Below, in pieces: positions 15,108 through 24,876 of a stretch of 32,000 nt of DNA. How positions within the stretch are numbered: position 1 is the first letter of the stretch; each line of letters opens with the position of its first letter. The position numbers and the translations under genes were made by a program. Origin of the DNA: an uncultured archaeon (lineage in GTDB: Archaea > Asgardarchaeota > Thorarchaeia > Thorarchaeales > CAZPUN01); the NCBI GenBank assembly GCA_964589775.1, contig CAZPUN010000020.1, forward strand, positions 30,118 through 62,117, written 5' to 3'. Below the pieces are notes generated by a model. That model was not told the origin of the DNA, did not search any database, and saw only the letters and a program-made list of their open reading frames with translations.

Positions 15108-16923
15108 AACCGCAAAAGTAAAAGAAACTGTACGTCTATATCGAAAGCTTTGGAGATTTCCTTCAGCAAAAGTCATCTTTAGCGCAGCAATTATTACATT
15201 AGTTATTGGTTCAATAATCATAACATTCTTAACAAAGGGAGTAGTTTCCGAATCATTTTTAATATCTTCAGTTATGTATTTTGGAATTATATTATTCATT
15301 CCGCCAATAATTGATTTCATCTTAGCTTTTGGCCAGAGAAATGTTTTGAGCTTAAGACGATTTATGGCAATTTCATATATTAATTTCATAATGATTATTA
15401 TATTTACAATTATCGCATTTCCATTTTATATAGGTACTATGACAGGCTATGCGAAGCTATTGCTATTCTCAATAGGGTTTAACACATCTCTGAGATTTCT
15501 TGCGATACTTGCAATGTGGAGAAGAACAGATATTTTTGGGATACTTGCATCAGCATCACATGGATTAATCGCTCTCACGTCAGCAAAAATATTAGATGTG
15601 TATAATGCATTAATATTTGATATTCCGACCAATTGGCTTATAATTGGATTCTTAATTATGTGCATTTTCGCGATTTCTGAGTCAATTCTATTCTACAGAG
15701 TAAATAAACCATTCATAGAAGAGTTAAATGTATCAGGATTAACATTCTTCAGAGGATTTTCTGCAGTATATTTAGCAAATGAACCAAAATTATTCGAGGA
15801 AGCAATGGACAAAATCGGTGAAAACCAAGATTTGAAAATATCACGCATAACAATTTGGAATGAAAATTCAGAAAAATACATCGGGTCGATCATAGTTCCC
15901 GAGGTACATCCAGGTCCGTTCAGAGAAGTTGGCAGTAGCGCAATGCCTGTTAGAATAATAGAAGCACTAGAAGATGATACACAAGCAATATCGGTAGTAC
16001 ATGGAACTTGCACCCATGCACAAAATCTTACAAAATCTGAACAAATTCAAACACTAATAGACTCATTAAAATCGATGAATAAAGAGAATATCTCGGAGGA
16101 TATACACGAAATCGTGACGACACAGCATAATCAATTCAAGTTTGTTTCTTGGAGGATTGGAAATAAAATTTTCTTAATTACAACAAGAGCACCAGAACCT
16201 ACAGATGATATTGAATTGGAACTGGGAAAAAAGGCTATTGACAATATTAGAACGCGTATTCCAGACGCAGAAGAAATCATTATTGTTGATGCACATAATT
16301 GTATAGTTCAGGATACCCCGAGTTTGTCGGCAGATAGTGAAGAAGCAGCAGATTTTATTGATGCATGTACTCGAGCAGCAGAAATCGCATGGAATACAAA
16401 AATTGTAAATACACAAATAGGAACCGCACAAAATAGAAACCTCAGATATAGTCTTGATGAAGGATTTGGCAAAGGAGGTATTACGGTATTTTCGATAATG
16501 CAGAAGGGTAAGAAAATTGCACTTATATCTATTGATGGGAACAATGCAAATTGCGAGTTCAGAAAGCATCTAATTACAAAGGTAAAAGAACGTGGGTATG
16601 ATATTGTAGAACTAATGACCTCAGACACGCATACAGTTAATGCGATCTCAATGAATTCTAAAGGATATCTACCTGTTGGAACAATAGATCAAGAACAACT
16701 AATTACAGATATTTTAGAACTATTAGATATTGCCGAGAAAAACACCCAAGATGCAAAAATTATGGTACATACAGAGATAAATAAATTAAAAGTATATGGG
16801 CGTAATGGATTTGAAAGGTTAACAAAGTGTGTGGTAAAAGCAGCGCATATTGCAAAGAACACGGGAATTGCAGTTTCACTCATTGCAATGGGATTGAGCA
16901 TAATAATCTTAATGATGATTTGA
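15100..16923 (+). CDS. DUF2070 family membrane protein
   Basis: N-terminal TM bundle, then HPGPFREVGSS, HGTCTH, VDAHN, DGNNA and TSDTHTVN motifs, and a C-terminal TM. Confidence 0.88.
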   Translation: MDETAKVKETVRLYRKLWRFPSAKVIFSAAIITLVIGSIIITFLTKGVVSESFLISSVMYFGIILFIPPIIDFILAFGQRNVLSLRRFMAISYINFIMIIIFTIIAFPFYIGTMTGYAKLLLFSIGFNTSLRFLAILAMWRRTDIFGILASASHGLIALTSAKILDVYNALIFDIPTNWLIIGFLIMCIFAISESILFYRVNKPFIEELNVSGLTFFRGFSAVYLANEPKLFEEAMDKIGENQDLKISRITIWNENSEKYIGSIIVPEVHPGPFREVGSSAMPVRIIEALEDDTQAISVVHGTCTHAQNLTKSEQIQTLIDSLKSMNKENISEDIHEIVTTQHNQFKFVSWRIGNKIFLITTRAPEPTDDIELELGKKAIDNIRTRIPDAEEIIIVDAHNCIVQDTPSLSADSEEAADFIDACTRAAEIAWNTKIVNTQIGTAQNRNLRYSLDEGFGKGGITVFSIMQKGKKIALISIDGNNANCEFRKHLITKVKERGYDIVELMTSDTHTVNAISMNSKGYLPVGTIDQEQLITDILELLDIAEKNTQDAKIMVHTEINKLKVYGRNGFERLTKCVVKAAHIAKNTGIAVSLIAMGLSIIILMMI

Positions 16924-16926
16924 GAT

Positions 16927-18111
16927 GTGGTAAATATGAGATATGTGGCATATATCATGATAATTCTATCGATCATTTCGCAAATACCCGTCTTACACTC
17001 AAATGCCACATATCAATCTAATATAGAAATTAGAGGCACAGATACAGAAAATACAATATTTTTAAATATTACAGACAGAACTGGAATAATAAAAATAAAC
17101 ACTACAATTCACAATATAGAATTAATAGATATTAAACACAACATAGATAACTATGATTACGTACTAACATATTTGGGAAGAAATACTACAAATTTCATAG
17201 TTGTAGATGTATCCACAAATCAATCAGCAACGCAATTCGAAGTTGAAATTTTATTATATAGAAATGGCAAAATGAATTCTAAAGATGCGTTTTGTACAAA
17301 TTTAAATATACAACTCTATGGTCATGTTCAGATATTAAATACAATAACACCAATGCCAATGATTATCGAAAATTATATACCAAAGGGGTTCATACCGGAT
17401 TACAACGATACCGATTTTATTATTGATATTTATGGAATATATATTACACCCATTGGTGGCACAATTAATCGAGATATTTATTACATGCGTGTATATCCAA
17501 TATCTTTTTCAAAGGAAGATTCAAAAATATTGATCTGGGCATTGGGAGTATCGAGAACTAATGGAACAATATATGCAATTAAAATTGAACAAAATAAAGA
17601 AATGACATTTATTAATCTAGGAACTGGAAGAATTGATGAACGTTTCCCGACTATAATTGAGGAAATATCAGCGATTCGCCTTGTTCGTAGAGAAATAGTA
17701 CTTGGAGACACCGAAAAACCAAATGTAGAGGTACAAAACCTTCAGAACAACAGCCTCATAGAATTTGAATATCAAATTATCATAAATGCAAGTGATGATA
17801 TCGCTATAAAATACATTATTATCAGAATAGATGATGATTATTACTTGACATTATTTAATACGCCATATACCTTTAAAATAGATCCGTCAAACTATAAAGA
17901 GGGATTACACAAAATAACTATAATTGCAGTAGATTATACACGTAAGACAACAGAAATAAACCTCGAAATCGAATTTAGAAATGGAATACTACACCAAATT
18001 CCAACTGCATTCCTAAAAACAGCAATAATAATAACAGGACTCACAATAATTTATGTTGTAATTGATAAATTAGAGAAAAAACAACAAATAGTGAAGAGTA
18101 ATGGTTTATAG
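16927..18111 (+). CDS. Exported, C-terminally membrane-anchored protein with Ig-like domain
   Basis: Signal-peptide-like N-terminus, several NxT/S sequons, Ig-like DTEKP.V...INASDDIAI...PYTF.ID...EGLHKITIIAVD, and a C-terminal TM with basic tail. Confidence 0.78.
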   Translation: MVNMRYVAYIMIILSIISQIPVLHSNATYQSNIEIRGTDTENTIFLNITDRTGIIKINTTIHNIELIDIKHNIDNYDYVLTYLGRNTTNFIVVDVSTNQSATQFEVEILLYRNGKMNSKDAFCTNLNIQLYGHVQILNTITPMPMIIENYIPKGFIPDYNDTDFIIDIYGIYITPIGGTINRDIYYMRVYPISFSKEDSKILIWALGVSRTNGTIYAIKIEQNKEMTFINLGTGRIDERFPTIIEEISAIRLVRREIVLGDTEKPNVEVQNLQNNSLIEFEYQIIINASDDIAIKYIIIRIDDDYYLTLFNTPYTFKIDPSNYKEGLHKITIIAVDYTRKTTEINLEIEFRNGILHQIPTAFLKTAIIITGLTIIYVVIDKLEKKQQIVKSNGL

Positions 18112-19342
18112 AAGTATAACAATTAAAGATGTCGTATATGGATATATTGACTTTGAAGATGAATGTAGTGAAATAGTAGATTCGGACCCGATTCAAAAAT
18201 TTAGAAGTGTAAAAAGTCCTCTTAGTATCCATTATGTATATCCCGGAGCCGAAATTTCACAATTTAGTCATATATTGGGAAATGCAAAAGTTGCACAAGA
18301 ATTCATGGAATATATGTCTGCAGATGAAGAAACAAAGTTCAAGGCACAAATGGTAGGATTATTTTCTGAAGCTTACCTGGGTCCATTTGTATATGCTTTT
18401 GATGAATTATTAGAAGAAGAAAATATAACACGTGACATGGTATTAGAAAAAATCATAACAAAGACAGAAATAAAAGATATTCTAAATAAAAAGGGATATA
18501 CATACAGGGACATACTAAAATGGATCAATGAAGGCATCGACATAAGAGGTTCTACAATCAATCTAATAAACACAATACTTAGTATCAATTTAGTGGACCG
18601 ATTAGAACGTGATGATTATTTTACAGGGTTGCGATACCAAATAGAACATCATAGACTATATTTAATGACATTTCCCATTGAGAACAAGCTTGCATTAGCA
18701 AGAACTTACATGAACAGTCTTGAGGCTTTTATATTTTCAGCAAATAACTTATTCACAGAAGTATATTACAATCCAAAGATAAGATCTGCAGATTTAATGG
18801 CACTTGAATTACTAAAGTTAGTGAAAGATGAATTTCAGTTATTAGATTATAATGATGTTGATAAATACGTATTTGAAGATGATGGAACATTACAATTAAA
18901 GATTATGCGGTTAGATAATTCAAAAAACGATTATATTTTAGCAAAATCAATTTTAAATGACCTTAGAAATTCTAGATTATATCCGCGAGTATATGAGGCA
19001 ATACTTCCTGAAAATGCAAAAACAGAGGTCCTGGAAAATTACAAAACACGAAGAGAACTTGAAGAAGAAATAGCTGCCACAGGAAATGTAGACCCACGTA
19101 GGATACACATAGATTTCCCAAGAAGAAAATCTGTCGCATATTATCCAGATCGGTATGAATGGGAGAAATTCCATTTGTTTGAAAAATACGGTGATGAAAT
19201 TAAGCTTATGATGTTCAAAGATGAAAGTCCTGCTACAGAATCTCTACAAAAATATACAAAAATCGTAAGAGTCTATGCTCCAAAGGAATATAAAAATAAA
19301 ATAAAAAATGCAGAAAAAATAATTCAAGAAGCCGTGTTTTAG
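18101..19342 (+). CDS. HD-superfamily (SAMHD1/COG1078-like) protein with degenerate active site
   Basis: IKDVVYGYI, VYPGA..SQFSHILG, GPF, RD.YFTG and VYY match the family, but the HD dyad reads SE. Confidence 0.85.
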   Translation: MVYRSITIKDVVYGYIDFEDECSEIVDSDPIQKFRSVKSPLSIHYVYPGAEISQFSHILGNAKVAQEFMEYMSADEETKFKAQMVGLFSEAYLGPFVYAFDELLEEENITRDMVLEKIITKTEIKDILNKKGYTYRDILKWINEGIDIRGSTINLINTILSINLVDRLERDDYFTGLRYQIEHHRLYLMTFPIENKLALARTYMNSLEAFIFSANNLFTEVYYNPKIRSADLMALELLKLVKDEFQLLDYNDVDKYVFEDDGTLQLKIMRLDNSKNDYILAKSILNDLRNSRLYPRVYEAILPENAKTEVLENYKTRRELEEEIAATGNVDPRRIHIDFPRRKSVAYYPDRYEWEKFHLFEKYGDEIKLMMFKDESPATESLQKYTKIVRVYAPKEYKNKIKNAEKIIQEAVF

Positions 19343-19366
19343 GCTTCTATATTTCTATAATATAAA

Positions 19367-19540
19367 CTATAGATCGTGTGCCATTAAAGTAACTCTCTTG
19401 TTTGCCTTTGCACGTTCAATTGCTTCAGCAAGCAAGTTTTCGATCTTCTTGTTCAAAGCGTCGTAAACCGTCTGGCTTACTTTCATGTTTTTAGATGCTA
19501 CGAAATCTTTTACTGCTTTTTTCACGGCATAGTCGGCCAT
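19367..19540 (-). CDS. Short histone-fold protein, 57 aa (DUF1931/alpha3-truncated type)
   Basis: Not in ORF track: MADYAVKKAVKDFVASKNMKVSQTVYDALNKKIENLLAEAIERAKANKRVTLMAHDL. Has the A..RAKANKRxTxxxxD histone signature and a GGAGGT RBS. Confidence 0.9.
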   Translation of the reverse strand: MADYAVKKAVKDFVASKNMKVSQTVYDALNKKIENLLAEAIERAKANKRVTLMAHDL

Positions 19541-19627
19541 TTTTTAACCTCCATCTCCCGTGTATAGAGTATAATCCATTTATAATATGCTAGAAGTATT
19601 ATAAAAGATTAACTAGTAAAATTATCG

Positions 19628-19652
19628 AAAAATGAAAAAAATAAAAGAAAAA
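19628..19652 (-). terminator. T-rich archaeal terminator after porB
   Basis: Oligo-T tracts on the minus strand immediately downstream of the porB stop. Confidence 0.45.
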
Positions 19653-19660
19653 TTATGATT

Positions 19661-20584
19661 TTATAATTTATCAACGGGTTCTCCAAAGGCCTGGAATAGC
19701 AATTCCCATTTTTTATTGACCCATTCTTGGATCTCTTTCAGCTTTTCTTCGTCTCGCTTGGGTCTGAATAGGGGAGCAAAACGACCTTGAGGCTTCAGAT
19801 ACTCTTCAATTGGCTTTCTTTTTGCAGGATCACGATATTTACGACTGGGCCTAGAAATAGTCCATTTTTCGCCAATGCGTTCCCAGAGTATCCAATCACC
19901 AGTTTCAACTGCAAGCTTGCCAATCTTTACAGTATCCTGGACGGGATATTGCCATGCGGGAGGACATGGAGACAGTATGTGAATGACCTTTGGACCCTTA
20001 ATTTGTGAAGCTCTCTTGAATTTATCATAGAGGTCAAATGGATACGAGGGATTTGCTGTTGCTTGATATACGGGTCTGTGAGCAGCTACAATAAGATCGA
20101 ATAATTTCTCATGCTCCTGTTTTCCAGTCCATGTTGTGGTAGTTTTAGCACCCATAGGTGTAGCACCACTTCGCTGTACACCAGTGTTACTGTAGACATT
20201 GTTATTATAACAAACATACAAGAAATTAGTACCGCGCTCAATAGCACCACTTAGAGCTTGAATACCGATATCAAAAGTACCGCCATCACCAGCCCAGACT
20301 ACGACATTTGTATCAGTCTTGCCTTGAGCTTCCAATCCTGCAACAACACCCGAAGCAGCTGCTGCAGCAGAAGCAAATGCAGTATTATAAATTGGAACAT
20401 TAAAACCACTATAGGGAAATAGAGCTTGAATAACAGAGGTACAACATGCAGGTATGACAAGAATTGTCTTTTTACCTAATGCTTTTAATGCGTGACGTAA
20501 GGCAAGTGTATCCCCACAGCCAGCACATGCAGCGTTTCCGGGAAGAATGAATTCCTCACGAGGTATGTCTTTGATGCTTACCAT
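19661..20584 (-). CDS. porB: Pyruvate/2-ketoisovalerate:ferredoxin oxidoreductase beta subunit
   Basis: ACAGCG, GDGG TPP motif, YSNTGVQRSGATP and SPCP; ATG 20584 with AGGAGGT RBS. Substrate specificity (Por vs Vor) is not resolvable. Confidence 0.92.
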   Translation of the reverse strand: MVSIKDIPREEFILPGNAACAGCGDTLALRHALKALGKKTILVIPACCTSVIQALFPYSGFNVPIYNTAFASAAAAASGVVAGLEAQGKTDTNVVVWAGDGGTFDIGIQALSGAIERGTNFLYVCYNNNVYSNTGVQRSGATPMGAKTTTTWTGKQEHEKLFDLIVAAHRPVYQATANPSYPFDLYDKFKRASQIKGPKVIHILSPCPPAWQYPVQDTVKIGKLAVETGDWILWERIGEKWTISRPSRKYRDPAKRKPIEEYLKPQGRFAPLFRPKRDEEKLKEIQEWVNKKWELLFQAFGEPVDKL

Positions 20585-20589
20585 TTGTA

Positions 20590-21777
20590 TTACCTCCTCT
20601 TGATGCCGAACCACTCAAAGTCTTGCTTTTGCTCGCCAGACTCCATTTCGGCATACGCTTTCTTAATCATCTCTTTGATGTCTTTTATAGTGATATCACG
20701 ACCACCTAAACCTGCCATGTATCCTTTAACCATAGGACGCTTCTCACAGTCATACAATGCGGCACGAACTTCAAGATTCGCAGCAGGCCTTGCACCAAAT
20801 GCTGTAGCACGATCTAGTGTAACAATGCTATCGACCTTAGATGCCAAATTCCGAATCTCTTCTTCAGGGAATGGACGAAATACACGTATTCGAGTTAATC
20901 CAACATTGTAGCCTTCTTCACGCAGCTCATCAATTGCGTCTTTTGCCTCTGCTGCAACGGTACCTTGAGTTACTAGAGATAATTTTGCACCATCCATCTT
21001 GTATTCTTCAACGAGGTCTCCATAATAACGACCAAAACGCTTACTGAAGTCACGACTTGCTTCACGAATGACTTCACGAGCACGATTCATAGCTTCTTCC
21101 ATCTTATAACGGAATTCCATATAGAAGTCTGGAAATACAATATTACCCAATGATACTGGATGGTCTGGGTCTAATTTCCAATGCTTTGGTTCATAGGGTG
21201 GCAGGTATGGGTCTACCTCTTCAGGATCAAGCAAATGAACTGGAAATGCCGTGTGACTTAGAATAAACGCATCCAAATTTACCATTGCAGGCAAATATAC
21301 TCGTTCATCCTCTGCAACCTTAAATGCCTGAATAATTGTATCATAAGCTTCCTGAGCACTGGTAACGTAGTATTGAATCCAACCATTATCACGCATAGCC
21401 ATAGAATCGGTTTGATCTACATGAATATTCCATGCAGGTGCAAGAGCTCGATTTACGTTTGCCATGACGATAGGTAATCGAGAATTTGATGCCCAGTGAA
21501 TCATTTCATACATATATGCAAGACCTTGTGAAGCCGTTGCTGTGAAAGCACGTGCGCCTGTTGCACTTGCACCGATACTTGCAGCCATGGCACTATGCTC
21601 ACTTTCTACACGAATGTATTTACCATTCCATTGACCAGATTCATATAACTTTGCAACAATTTCAACAATGACTGTTTGTGGCGTAATCGGATATGCTGCA
21701 ACAACATCTGTTCGAGATGCCATAATAGAATATGCCACAGCATAATCAGCAGTCATAATTTTTGTTTCACCCAACAT
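20590..21777 (-). CDS. porA: Pyruvate/2-ketoisovalerate:ferredoxin oxidoreductase alpha subunit
   Basis: AYPITPQT, VESEHSA, TATASQGL, FRPFP and GLGGRD motifs. Confidence 0.93.
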   Translation of the reverse strand: MLGETKIMTADYAVAYSIMASRTDVVAAYPITPQTVIVEIVAKLYESGQWNGKYIRVESEHSAMAASIGASATGARAFTATASQGLAYMYEMIHWASNSRLPIVMANVNRALAPAWNIHVDQTDSMAMRDNGWIQYYVTSAQEAYDTIIQAFKVAEDERVYLPAMVNLDAFILSHTAFPVHLLDPEEVDPYLPPYEPKHWKLDPDHPVSLGNIVFPDFYMEFRYKMEEAMNRAREVIREASRDFSKRFGRYYGDLVEEYKMDGAKLSLVTQGTVAAEAKDAIDELREEGYNVGLTRIRVFRPFPEEEIRNLASKVDSIVTLDRATAFGARPAANLEVRAALYDCEKRPMVKGYMAGLGGRDITIKDIKEMIKKAYAEMESGEQKQDFEWFGIKRR

Positions 21778-22100
21778 TATCCCTCCAATTCAATGCCTGC
21801 GCGTTTCATATCAATACATTTCTTAGGACAAACTTGAGCGCAAACACCACAGCCTTTACAATAATCATAATCGATCTCAGGAAAATCATCAGATTCGCGA
21901 ATGAATATAGAACCTTCAGGACAATAAAGCCAACACAATTTACAATTTATACAATTATCATAATCAATAATTGGAATGAATGTTCTCCAGTTTCCGGTCT
22001 TCCCAGTAGACCCAATTTTAGGCATAGATATGGGAGCTTCTGGGAGATCTTCTATTGTTTCTGGATGTGGATTGACTTCATTTATCAACTTCAACACCAT
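21777..22100 (-). CDS. porD: 2-oxoacid:ferredoxin oxidoreductase delta subunit (2x[4Fe-4S])
   Basis: TGNWRTFIP, CINCKLCWLYCP and DYDYCKGCGVCAQVCP. Confidence 0.92.
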   Translation of the reverse strand: MVLKLINEVNPHPETIEDLPEAPISMPKIGSTGKTGNWRTFIPIIDYDNCINCKLCWLYCPEGSIFIRESDDFPEIDYDYCKGCGVCAQVCPKKCIDMKRAGIELEG

Positions 22101-22179
22101 CCGTAATTTAAACAATAAAAAAACAAACCAATTATGTTATAAACTCTTTGGGTTTGTGAGTTAATGATTTAAAGCCAAT

Positions 22180-22213
22180 AAACAAAAAAATTTGTAAAAA
22201 AAGAAGAAGAAAA
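22180..22213 (-). terminator. T-rich terminator after DUF126 gene
   Basis: Long T-tracts on the minus strand following the stop at 22219. Confidence 0.45.
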
Positions 22214-22218
22214 TTAAT

Positions 22219-22641
22219 TTATTTAAGAATTTTAATAAATCCTCTATTGTTTTCACACCATGCTTCAATTGATAAACCTGTGCGTAACTTATCAAAATCA
22301 GTATCCGAAAAATTACCAATCATTGGGATTTCCCCAAAAATCGCACCGGAGATGGTAATAGGTTCAGGATGCTGTACAATTAAGAGTTTGGGCGCAACAT
22401 TATTTTTCGCAAGGCCATACAGTACATTGGACCCAACGGTACTACCGCGTGAAGTTCTAAATACTAGTATTTTCCCAGTTATTTTTTCTTTGAAAATATC
22501 ACTATTCGAATCCATGATAATTCCAGTGTTTATGTCTACATCTCCAAGGAAGGATATAGCACGCTCTGTACGTAATATTGTACCTTTCAGAACGCCTTGC
22601 CATTCTTGTATAACGGTTCCATTAATAACTTCACTCATCAT
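22219..22641 (-). CDS. DUF126 / aconitase X swivel-domain protein (phosphomevalonate dehydratase small subunit-like)
   Basis: ISFLGDVD..TG.I, GKILVF...RGSTVGS and GLAKNNVAP motifs; start overlaps the ubiD-like stop. Confidence 0.88.
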   Translation of the reverse strand: MMSEVINGTVIQEWQGVLKGTILRTERAISFLGDVDINTGIIMDSNSDIFKEKITGKILVFRTSRGSTVGSNVLYGLAKNNVAPKLLIVQHPEPITISGAIFGEIPMIGNFSDTDFDKLRTGLSIEAWCENNRGFIKILK

Positions 22642-23947
22642 CTTCACCAGGTATTTTTGCTCGCGATAACATATCTACAGTCAATTCTTGGTGCTTTACA
22701 GGATGACGGACCTCATAAGGGATCGTAGCATCAATACCCCACTTGTTTCCACGACCAAGTAGATCCAATGTACTTCCAGCGGCTTCATATACAATTATAT
22801 CTTTTAGGGGATCTGTTCGAACTGCAATAGCCCATTCAACTGAAAATGGATCAGTAATGTCAATATCTTCATCAACAACCACAACGCGTTTTAAACTTGG
22901 ATGCCCTGAAAAAGCAGCCATAATCGCATTTTTTCCTTCTTTTGGCTTCTTCTTTTTAATAGATACAACTGCATGTAGCCAACCAGCACCGCCAGGTGTT
23001 AAATATACGTTTTGTACATTAATATTTGCAGCTTTAAGAGCACGATAAATTCTAGGTTCCTGTGGAAAGCCCATTAAAGTATAATGTTCATAACCTGCAG
23101 GTAGTAGTGCTTCAAAGATTGGATTTGATAATACAGATACAGATTTCACTTCAATTACAGGCTCCATACGAACTTCATCATAGGATCCTGTAGCATCACA
23201 AAATGGACCTTCAGCTACGCGTTCAGAAGTTAATTCACCTTCTATTAAAATCTCACAGCCATAAGGAACCTCAATCTTGTTCATAGGACTAAGATATGTT
23301 CGTAAGCCACCCATCAACTTAGAGGCAACATTTAATTCGAAAATATTAGGCGGAACAGACGAAGCTGCAGCAATGGATACTGCAGGAGGAGCACCATTAC
23401 AAATAACAATTTTAAGAGGTTCATTTCGTTCAACAACAGATTCTTGATACATTTCGTAAAGATGACGAGGTACGATCCGAATAGCCAAATGTGTCTCGTC
23501 AAGATACATCATTCGATGAATTGAAACATTTCTGCGTCCAGTTTTCTTATCCTCCGCAATAACTGATGCTGCAGTAAAGTAATAACCACCATCTTTCTCA
23601 AAATATTTTGGTATAGGTAGGTCTGATAATTTAACCGAAATGCGTTCCTCAGGTTTATCTTCGCGTATTAATTCTGCAGGATTATCAAATGCTTCAACTA
23701 ATTTATACAAAATTTGATTTGAAGGAACACCCAATATATCTCCGAGAAGTTCTCTATTTGTGAATATTCCCGCAACAACAGGCATGTTACTATCCTTAAC
23801 ATTTTCAAAAATCGTTGGTCGTTCGCCGTGCTTTTTCAAATATAAACCAATCTCAAATTCTCTAGAAACCTGTTCTTTTACATGCTCTAACTTACCCTTC
23901 TTATCAAGCCAGTCGATAAATTCCCGTAGAGTTGAAAACCCAGTCAT
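22631..23947 (-). CDS. UbiD-family decarboxylase (probable anhydromevalonate phosphate decarboxylase)
   Basis: DGGYY, NVSIHR, PRHL, EGPFCD.TGSY, GG.GWLHAVV, VVVVDEDID and VEWAIA.R motifs; adjacent to DUF126. Confidence 0.9.
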   Translation of the reverse strand: MTGFSTLREFIDWLDKKGKLEHVKEQVSREFEIGLYLKKHGERPTIFENVKDSNMPVVAGIFTNRELLGDILGVPSNQILYKLVEAFDNPAELIREDKPEERISVKLSDLPIPKYFEKDGGYYFTAASVIAEDKKTGRRNVSIHRMMYLDETHLAIRIVPRHLYEMYQESVVERNEPLKIVICNGAPPAVSIAAASSVPPNIFELNVASKLMGGLRTYLSPMNKIEVPYGCEILIEGELTSERVAEGPFCDATGSYDEVRMEPVIEVKSVSVLSNPIFEALLPAGYEHYTLMGFPQEPRIYRALKAANINVQNVYLTPGGAGWLHAVVSIKKKKPKEGKNAIMAAFSGHPSLKRVVVVDEDIDITDPFSVEWAIAVRTDPLKDIIVYEAAGSTLDLLGRGNKWGIDATIPYEVRHPVKHQELTVDMLSRAKIPGEDDE

Positions 23948-24036
23948 TTTTTACTCACCAATACACTCTAATAGGTTTCCAGTCTTACCCAATAATAGGT
24001 TTTTCGTAACGAATATACATCAAAGGTGAATCGTAA

Positions 24037-24777
24037 GTGGAGAAAATTATATTACTAACCAACGATGATGGCCCGGAATCAATCGGATTGGAAGCTGCCT
24101 ATAATGCAATAAAAAATTTAGGAAGAGTCGAAGTAATCGTTCCAGAACATCAGAGAAGCGCAACCGGTAAGGCACTAACCTTAGATCGCCCATTAAGATT
24201 ACGAAAAATCAGATGGAACAATATATCAATTTGGGTACATGACGGAAAACCTGCAGATTCAATAATTTTTGCAACTCATTTATTTGGAATTGAAAATATA
24301 CGTCTCGTAGTTTCAGGAATAAATTCAGGAGCAAACGTATCATATCAAAGTATGTTCACCAGTGGTACTGTGGGAGCCGCAATGGAAGCCGCAATGCTAT
24401 CAATTCCTGCAATTGCATTATCTATGGAAGTCAAACCAGAATTCTGGTTCACTAATAACAAGCCCCCAAACAATCTAGATAAGATTATAGAGATCTCATC
24501 TGAAATAGTTAGAAATGTTCTTGAAAATGGACTTCCAGATTGTGATTTCCTAAATGTAAACTTTCCAGAAATTGTCGATGAGAATACACAAATAAAATAT
24601 ACGAAACCTGCTATGACTAGAATTTTTAATTCGATGATGGAATGTACAGATCCACATGGAGTAAAATGCTACTGGATTTCAGGAGAACAGATTAAAACAA
24701 ACAAGGGTGAGGACGCTTATGTCCTAACAGTCGAACAGAATATAACAATATCAAAAATAAAGATCAATATGGTTTAA
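24037..24777 (+). CDS. surE: 5'/3'-nucleotidase SurE
   Basis: ILLTNDDG, G.PAD, VVSGINSGAN, SGTVGAAMEA and LNVNFP. Confidence 0.93.
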   Translation: MEKIILLTNDDGPESIGLEAAYNAIKNLGRVEVIVPEHQRSATGKALTLDRPLRLRKIRWNNISIWVHDGKPADSIIFATHLFGIENIRLVVSGINSGANVSYQSMFTSGTVGAAMEAAMLSIPAIALSMEVKPEFWFTNNKPPNNLDKIIEISSEIVRNVLENGLPDCDFLNVNFPEIVDENTQIKYTKPAMTRIFNSMMECTDPHGVKCYWISGEQIKTNKGEDAYVLTVEQNITISKIKINMV

Positions 24778-24876
24778 AAAAATACATTTATTAATAAATA
24801 ATTATAGATTTTAAAAAGAAAAACTTATTTTTAAAAAATATAAAAAATAAATTATATTGGGAAGGGGTATAGAATA

